NCBI GenBank assembly: GCA_036676985.1
Contig: JAKFBU010000027.1
Span: 233,354 to 297,353 of the forward strand
DNA length: 64,000 nt
Origin: Candidatus Sericytochromatia bacterium
GTDB taxonomy: Bacteria; Cyanobacteriota; Sericytochromatia; S15B-MN24; UBA4093
Direction: 5' to 3'
Made by a program: the position numbers and the translations under genes. The first letter of the stretch is position 1. Every line of letters begins with the position of its first letter. The notes beneath the pieces are model-generated. The model saw only the letters and a list, made by a program, of their open reading frames with translations, was not told where the DNA came from and made no database searches. Below, one piece after another: positions 58,213-64,000 of the stretch.

Positions 58213-58662
58213 GCGAGCAGATCCAATCCATGTAGATGACTTGGCAGGCCCGTCGTTCGCTGACACGGTAGGCGTTGCGCAGATGCGCCGCCAGAAAGCG
58301 CAGCTTGACGGGCCTTAGAGCTTTTTGAAACCACGTCCTGGAGCATCGCCTTATCGAGCGAGAGACCTGCCACCAGCTGCTTGAGCGTGCGGTTTTCCTC
58401 CTCGAGCTGTTTCAGGCGTTTGAGCCCGGATGGGCCCAGCCCGCCATACTTACGCTTCCAGATGTAGAAGGTGTTCTCGGTGATACCCATCTTCCGGAAG
58501 ACCTCGGCCACGGGGGTGCCGAGCTCCGCCTGCTTCAGGGCAAAAGCAATCTGTTCCTCGGTGAACTTGCTCTTTCTCAAGGGAAATCCTCCTTGATAGC
58601 ATACTGTCAATTTGCCTGGATTTCCCTACCTTTGAACGGACCAGTTTTTTGGGGGACCGTCA
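58213..58662 (-). mobile_element. Truncated IS3-family element (left IR, orfA, start of orfB)
   Basis: TGACGGTCCCCCAAAAAACTGGTCC end; RKSKFTEEQI..ENRTLKQLVA; A5G at the frameshift site; no DDE domain. Confidence 0.85.
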
Positions 58663-58682
58663 CGGGTCCTTGCGATACTTGA

Positions 58683-59852
58683 TTAAACGTTGGCCCCATT
58701 ACGTGTAATCAAGTAGTCTGCTAGCTCTTCAGATAAAACAAATCGCCGGGCCTTACTATTGTCAATATTCTTAGCCAATCCAATGCTATTTAGGAAGTCA
58801 AACAGGCTATCGAGTTCAGAATGTTCATCATAGTAGTAGGTCAATGTAGGTTTGCTAGCATTGTAGACCCATGAACGCTTCAAGAGGACAACTTCCCTTA
58901 ATAGGGGGTTGGCTCTCAAGTCTTTTCGCATTTCGAGAAGCAAATCCGGCATCAAGCATTCAGCTTTTTCAAGAGCTGGGCTCTTTGCTATGGTAGTGCG
59001 TGTGGACTGTGGTGGGGCGAGATCCGCAAAGTCACCTGCTCTATGCCAATCAACTCCATCCATGTTCACAATGGAACCCGCACTCTTGAGGCGTAGGCCT
59101 AGTTGCTGTCTACTTTCAGAGGAGTTCGATAGGCGCAGCAAATGCCGACCAGCAATATCGCTAAATGGTTTCAGATTGCCGACCTGGACAAGTAGTGTTC
59201 GTTCTGGGTATCTGCCCAAAGCCATACCTGCCTCAAATATCACGTTTGGGCGTGCCTGAGATGACATTTCACACTCATAGACGGGCTCATGTTCTTCCCA
59301 AAACTCGCGCTTCAAGAGCACATCGTCGTCAGGAGTAAATAGGACAACAATTGCGTGGGCCATTTCCATCGCCACTTCAAGTACGCGCCCCACATATGGT
59401 GTTGGCTCACCGGTTGCCGCCACTGCCTGAGACCACTCAATAGGCTCCAGGCTAAAGGCTCTCAGCAAACTAAAGAGGGCAGTCCTAGCCTTCATGTTAC
59501 GACCATGAACAACGAATACTCGCCGTCCCAAATTGCGAGATTCCTGTTGAGAAGGGATGGCCGAGGTCTGATGCGCGGTAGTTCTTTGACTGATTTTTCG
59601 CTCTCTAATGCGAGCCTCCACGAGTTTGGTTCCCTCGTGGGTGATCGCGATACTGGGCCCGCCCCCATTGAGCAGCCCCTCCCTCGATAGGTAAGTTGCG
59701 ATACGTGAAGCAACATGCTTTTCCAAACCAAGAGCCTCACCGACTTCGGTGTATAGGACGTACCGAGGATCCCTAAGAATGGTGCGATGGTATGCCTCTT
59801 CGAGGTACCTAGCTCGAAGATCGTCTTCTTCTTCAAGATTGATTGGATCCAA
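58683..59852 (-). CDS. wHTH + TIR-like (CAP12/PycTIR-type) protein
   Basis: RVFVVHGRN, FTPDD, ARPNVIFEAG, SDIAG; TTG start with AAGGAGGA RBS. Confidence 0.8.
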   Translation of the reverse strand: MDPINLEEEDDLRARYLEEAYHRTILRDPRYVLYTEVGEALGLEKHVASRIATYLSREGLLNGGGPSIAITHEGTKLVEARIRERKISQRTTAHQTSAIPSQQESRNLGRRVFVVHGRNMKARTALFSLLRAFSLEPIEWSQAVAATGEPTPYVGRVLEVAMEMAHAIVVLFTPDDDVLLKREFWEEHEPVYECEMSSQARPNVIFEAGMALGRYPERTLLVQVGNLKPFSDIAGRHLLRLSNSSESRQQLGLRLKSAGSIVNMDGVDWHRAGDFADLAPPQSTRTTIAKSPALEKAECLMPDLLLEMRKDLRANPLLREVVLLKRSWVYNASKPTLTYYYDEHSELDSLFDFLNSIGLAKNIDNSKARRFVLSEELADYLITRNGANV

Positions 59853-60125
59853 GCAAATCCTCCTTGGCTGCCACGAAAAGGTAGAGGGTTCAGGAATCGC
59901 CAAGCGCTTTCGGAGCAAGAATGTCGGTGAGATTGACCAATGGTGAGCAAACGCCTGCTTGCTGTCAAGTGAAATGGGATGCTCACCTACTTGCGCTATA
60001 GTCATCGAGGCCTGCTTTCCTCGAAATCACCCGATCGCTCGATACCCGTTCTGTTACCCGAGCGCCCCAAAGACAAAAAACGGACCTCAGACCGCGAGGC
60101 CCAAGATCCACTTCCTGCAAATAAT

Positions 60126-60147
60126 TGAGACAGCCGGGATTTGAACC
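60126..60147 (-). repeat. Duplicated tRNA-Lys 3' end (att-like)
   Basis: TGAGACAGCCGGGATTTGAACC, 21/22 identical to 60809-60830. Confidence 0.85.
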
Positions 60148-60154
60148 TAAGAAC

Positions 60155-60631
60155 TTACCCGTTATTTTGCAGTGCCGGCTCAAATTCATAGCCGCAGAAC
60201 CTACAAGCCAGTGCCGCAGCCTTCACCTTTTCTGCACATCGTGGACATGTCTTCTCGGCTTCCGCTGGCTCTTGGTACTCATAGGTAACAGAGAGTACCC
60301 CGTTCGGCTTCACGAGCAGCATGTAGACGAACACGATAAACCCGATGAGGACGAAGCAAAGTAGGAGGGCGAGAATGAAACTGCCGCAACCATAGGAACC
60401 AGGTGCCCAACTTTGAGACGTAGGAAAGTATCCCTGTCTGGCCATATTGGGGCTGTCCGCCTGGAAGCTCGCGAATGCGCCTCTTTCACTGCCCCGATAA
60501 GTCTTTACCAGTACGGCTTGGCGTGAAGATGTGCTTGGCTGCTTTCGTGCACAGGCCTCGGAGCAGAACCGACTACCGTCCTTCTGCACGCCACCGAACA
60601 TGACCTGACCGCAGCCACCACAAGTAGCCAT
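60155..60631 (-). CDS. Membrane protein with N- and C-terminal zinc ribbons
   Basis: CGGC..FCSEAC; TM segment; CPRC..CRFC. Confidence 0.75.
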   Translation of the reverse strand: MATCGGCGQVMFGGVQKDGSRFCSEACARKQPSTSSRQAVLVKTYRGSERGAFASFQADSPNMARQGYFPTSQSWAPGSYGCGSFILALLLCFVLIGFIVFVYMLLVKPNGVLSVTYEYQEPAEAEKTCPRCAEKVKAAALACRFCGYEFEPALQNNG

Positions 60632-60808
60632 GAAATCCACCTTCCGAGTAGGCGAAAATGCTTGCCCTCTAATCCTGAACATTTTATGCCTGGTTGGATT
60701 TTTAGGCAATCGTTTGGATTGTCTGCTGTGGCCACCCGTTACCCGCGGGAAACACCCCAAACAACGAGGGCCCCGAGCCAGTGGCCCGAGACCCTTTCAT
60801 CGCCTAAA

Positions 60809-60881
60809 TGAGACAGCCGGGATTCGAACCCGGGACCCTCTGATTAAAAGTCAGATGCTCTACCGACTGAGCTACTGTCTC
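60809..60881 (-). tRNA. tRNA-Lys(TTT), CCA not encoded
   Basis: GAGACAG acceptor, TCTGA-CTTTTAA-TCAGA anticodon arm, GGTTCGAATCC. Confidence 0.95.
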
Positions 60882-61109
60882 AAGGAAGACATTCAATCTA
60901 GCACAGCAATCGAGCGTGGTCAACGATTGCTCCAGTCCTGACGCCTGTTTGAGCGCCCTCCACCAGCCCAAAAGCCGTCCCTTGGACCTCCTCTCGAGAC
61001 ACGAGCAGCCAACAATCCGTAGACCGGCGCCACCCTCGCCAATACCGGCCCGCTACCCGGTCAACTGGTATGATGGAGCCACGCCGTACCCACGACGAGG
61101 AGACCCAGC

Positions 61110-62654
61110 GTGCCCATGACCACCCGTTCCGTGGCCGAAACCTACCACGAACTGACGAAGTACTCCCCGGAGTCGATCCGCAAGCCGCACAAGATCGACT
61201 GGAACAACCCGCCCGCCCAATCCAAGCACTACGAAACGGGCGTCCACATCGACCTCGAACGGTACCTGCCCCTGGCCGAGCGCCCCCTCACGGCCGAGGC
61301 CGCCCGGTTCGCCGCTTCCATGACCGCCGAAGAGGCATCCCTCGCCAAGCTCTCGCACCTGCTCTACCTCACCAACGGTGTCACGGCCGTCATCCCCTAC
61401 CCCGAGCGCAACTTCCTCATGCGCTCGGCCCCGTCCGCAGGTGGCCTGTATCCGACCGAGCTCTACGTCGTGACCCGGGGCTACGAGGGCCTCGCCGATG
61501 GCGTCTACAACTTCCAGATTGGCGACCACTCGCTAATCGGCTTCTGGGAGGGCGATCGCATGGCCGACCTCCACAAGGCCTGCTTCGAGCACCCTGCCCT
61601 GGAGCACGCCGACCTCGCCATCGTGGCCTCGGCCGTCTTCTTCCGGAGCGCCTGGCGCTACCAGGACCGCGCGTATCGCCGCATCTTCCTCGACACCGGC
61701 CACGTGCTCGGCAACCTTGAAATGGCGGCCCCCTGGTTCGACCGGATCGCCTTCCCCATCGGCGGCTTCTACGACGACGAGATCAACGACCTGCTCTTCC
61801 TCGAACGCGAGACCGAAGAGGCGATCGCCGTCATCGCCCTGCCCAAGCGCGAGAAGATCACCGACACCATGCTCGAGGCGCCGACGGCCCTGCCGTCCGA
61901 GATCGAGCTGGGGCCTCTCACCATCCCGGAAGGCCAGCGCCTGCATGCCCTGCACGAGGCCTCGAAGATCCATGCGATGCCCAAGGACCTCATCGAGCAG
62001 GTGAAGCCCGAGGCGCCCGAAGAAGATCACTACAAGTTCGCCTTTGGAGAGCACCTCACGGGCACGCCGATCGACTGGGAACAGGGCCTCTCGGACGCCA
62101 TCGTCACCCGTCGCTCCACCCGCGCCTACTCGGGCGATCCCCTGACCCGGCTGGAGCTTGCGACGGTCCTGGAGTACACGTACCGGCCCGACCTCTACGA
62201 CGATCCACGCATCAACGCAGATCCCCGGTACTTCGACCTCTCGCTGCTCGAGACCTTCGTGGCCGTGAACCGCGTCGACGGCCTGGACTCCGGCTGCTAC
62301 TACTACAACCCCCGCCGCCGGGAGCTGCGCCAGATCCGGTTCAAGAACTTCGCCGAAGACATCCAGTACCTGTGCCTCGGACAGGAACTGGGCGGCAAGG
62401 CGAGCGCCGTGGTGTTCCACACCGTAGACCTAGCCCGGGCCGTGGAACGGTACGGCGAGCGCGCCTATCGCTACCTCCACATGGACGCGGGGCACCTGGG
62501 CGAGCGACTGAACGTCGCCTGCATGCAGATGGGGCTCGGGGTGAGCGGCATCGGGGGCTTCTTCGACGACCAGGTCAACGACCTGCTCGGCATCCCGGAG
62601 GCCGAGGCCGTCGTCTACATCACGACGCTGGGGCGACCCGCCGCAATCAGCTAA
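61110..62654 (+). CDS. SagB/ThcOx-family tandem nitroreductase
   Basis: RSAPSAGGLYPTELY, WRYQDRAYR, RRSTR, YGERAYRY, GIGGFFDD. Confidence 0.88.
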   Translation: MPMTTRSVAETYHELTKYSPESIRKPHKIDWNNPPAQSKHYETGVHIDLERYLPLAERPLTAEAARFAASMTAEEASLAKLSHLLYLTNGVTAVIPYPERNFLMRSAPSAGGLYPTELYVVTRGYEGLADGVYNFQIGDHSLIGFWEGDRMADLHKACFEHPALEHADLAIVASAVFFRSAWRYQDRAYRRIFLDTGHVLGNLEMAAPWFDRIAFPIGGFYDDEINDLLFLERETEEAIAVIALPKREKITDTMLEAPTALPSEIELGPLTIPEGQRLHALHEASKIHAMPKDLIEQVKPEAPEEDHYKFAFGEHLTGTPIDWEQGLSDAIVTRRSTRAYSGDPLTRLELATVLEYTYRPDLYDDPRINADPRYFDLSLLETFVAVNRVDGLDSGCYYYNPRRRELRQIRFKNFAEDIQYLCLGQELGGKASAVVFHTVDLARAVERYGERAYRYLHMDAGHLGERLNVACMQMGLGVSGIGGFFDDQVNDLLGIPEAEAVVYITTLGRPAAIS

Positions 62655-63684
62655 GGTAATCGACCAAAGGGGCCTGGATCTTTTCCAGGCCCTTGTAGCG
62701 CAGGGCATCGGGGGACATGGTCGCGATCGCCGAGCGCAACTGCGCCCGCCGCTCGGGATCCGCCGCCACGGCGCTCACCGGCGTGAAGTAGGTGCGAATG
62801 GTGAAGACCGCCGCATGGTGCTCCGGAAAGCCCTTGAGGGTCTGGCGCTCGATGCGCATGTAGGTGCCCTCGCCCGCAGCCTCCGGCTCGTAGCGATCCA
62901 GCGCGCGCCCGGGCGGGTTCTCCGGGTGATGGTTGAGCGTCGTGTCCGTGGAGATGCCCCAGGCGAAGCGCACGAACGGCCCCCGGTGGATCATCGCCTC
63001 GATGAGCTTGTCCGAGCCGCGTGCCACCTTCTCGAAGTCCGCCACCGGCTCGTGCACGGCCATGAAGGTCTGCCCGATCTTCTCGGCGGGGCTCCAGTGG
63101 TTCGGAAAGCTCAGGTGCAAGAGCGACAGCCAGTTGTGCCGGGCCTCGGGCTCCACGCTCGTGATGGCGAAGTCTTCCTGGAGCTGGGAGACCAGGAAAT
63201 CCACGGGGTCCGCCCCGACGAAGTCCACATCGGCGTAGACGCCGCCGCCTGGAACTAAAGGCTCACTCGGCTCCGTGCTCTGGACCCGCAGGCACACCAG
63301 GTCCAGACGAGCCGTCAGACCGACCAGACGGTTGGTGAAGGACCAGAGACCCGGCTGCGTCTCGGTCGCCTCGAAGTAGGCCGGATACTCGCCCGCCATC
63401 CGCTCCATGAGCCACAGGGCCACCGAGCGGGCCAGGGCGTCCGTGAGGTCGTGGGTCCGGTAGTACTTGTTCAGGCACTCCTGGCGCGCCGCGCGCTTGG
63501 CGCGCAGGTACGCGTAGTACTGCCCGTCGATCATCAGGAAGTTGGTCTCGATCTTGCCCTGGACCGGCTGCTGCCCCAGGATCTTGAGGCCCGGATGGAC
63601 CTCGTAGCGCCCGGTGTCGATGGGAAAGTAGTCGGCGGGCGGCGGCAGCTCCGCGACGCACTCGGCCAGATCGAGCTCGGTCAT
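62647..63684 (-). CDS. Heme-dependent oxidative N-demethylase alpha-like (DUF3445) protein
   Basis: QEDF, FPNHWSP.EKIG, HEPV, RIERQTL, FTIRTY. Confidence 0.8.
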   Translation of the reverse strand: MTELDLAECVAELPPPADYFPIDTGRYEVHPGLKILGQQPVQGKIETNFLMIDGQYYAYLRAKRAARQECLNKYYRTHDLTDALARSVALWLMERMAGEYPAYFEATETQPGLWSFTNRLVGLTARLDLVCLRVQSTEPSEPLVPGGGVYADVDFVGADPVDFLVSQLQEDFAITSVEPEARHNWLSLLHLSFPNHWSPAEKIGQTFMAVHEPVADFEKVARGSDKLIEAMIHRGPFVRFAWGISTDTTLNHHPENPPGRALDRYEPEAAGEGTYMRIERQTLKGFPEHHAAVFTIRTYFTPVSAVAADPERRAQLRSAIATMSPDALRYKGLEKIQAPLVDYLS

Positions 63685-63686
63685 CG

Positions 63687-63989
63687 CTACTTCTTGCCGA
63701 TGCCGAGGATATCCATGAGGATGCCCGTGAGGGGCTTGGCCTGGGTCTTCTGGGTGTTGAAGCCGGGCGGCAGCTTGGGGATCTCGATCTCGACCTGCTC
63801 GGGGAAGAGGCTCTTGACGAGCGGCTCCTTGGAGAAGGACTGGTGGAGATTCCGGAGGTTGTTGATCTTGCCCGCGAGGCTCGAGATCTTCATCGTGTTG
63901 GCCGCGAACTGCACGGCCTCCTTGCCCTGCATACCGCGCAGGGTCTGAAGGTTGACCTCCTCCTGCTTGCTCGCGGCCTCGGCTTCCAT
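63687..63989 (-). CDS. Hypothetical protein (may start beyond the window edge)
   Basis: Open frame with strong codon bias directly upstream of the DUF3445 gene. Confidence 0.55.
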   Translation of the reverse strand: MEAEAASKQEEVNLQTLRGMQGKEAVQFAANTMKISSLAGKINNLRNLHQSFSKEPLVKSLFPEQVEIEIPKLPPGFNTQKTQAKPLTGILMDILGIGKK

Positions 63990-64000
63990 GAAGAAATGGA

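Larger units (their letters stand above)
55100..60808. mobile_element. Lower-GC accessory island downstream of tRNA-Lys
   Basis: Visibly more AT-rich; IS3 remnant; att-like tRNA duplication; left boundary approximate. Confidence 0.65.

Noticed and set aside
41584-59852. The cyclase and TIR genes as a Pycsar pair
   Set aside because: They are 14 kb apart with different base composition, and the TIR protein has no cNMP-binding domain
1-64000. CRISPR array, rRNA, prophage or integron
   Set aside because: No regularly spaced repeats, cas genes, structural phage genes or integrase seen

Overview
GC-rich bacterial chromosomal window from a diderm organism (it encodes TolC and lipoproteins). The mix of cyanobacterial-type families (Ycf46, DUF3370, SagB-type nitroreductase) with a GAAC-N4-GTTC SOS box suggests a non-photosynthetic Cyanobacteriota relative such as Sericytochromatia; this is inference only. 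Core content: icd, thpR, an orphan nuoF-like gene, several secreted peptidases, an Irr/Fur redox operon, a dnaE2-dinB-LexA(DNA-binding domain only) cassette, an AC/NB-ARC/TPR STAND protein, a czcCBA-type efflux operon, tRNA-Glu, tRNA-Lys, an intact IS481, an IS3 remnant, several REP-like palindromes and a lower-GC island (about 55.1-60.8 kb) with defence-like genes. Highlights not visible in the ORF track: (1) a rhodanese lipoprotein that continues through an in-frame UGA followed by a SECIS-like hairpin, a probable selenoprotein; (2) an 82-bp structured repeat present twice, one copy supplying the start codon and part of the signal peptide of a clostripain; (3) single-gene islets bounded by tRNA 3'-end duplications; (4) unannotated small ORFs. 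All product calls come from motif recognition by eye, not database searches.
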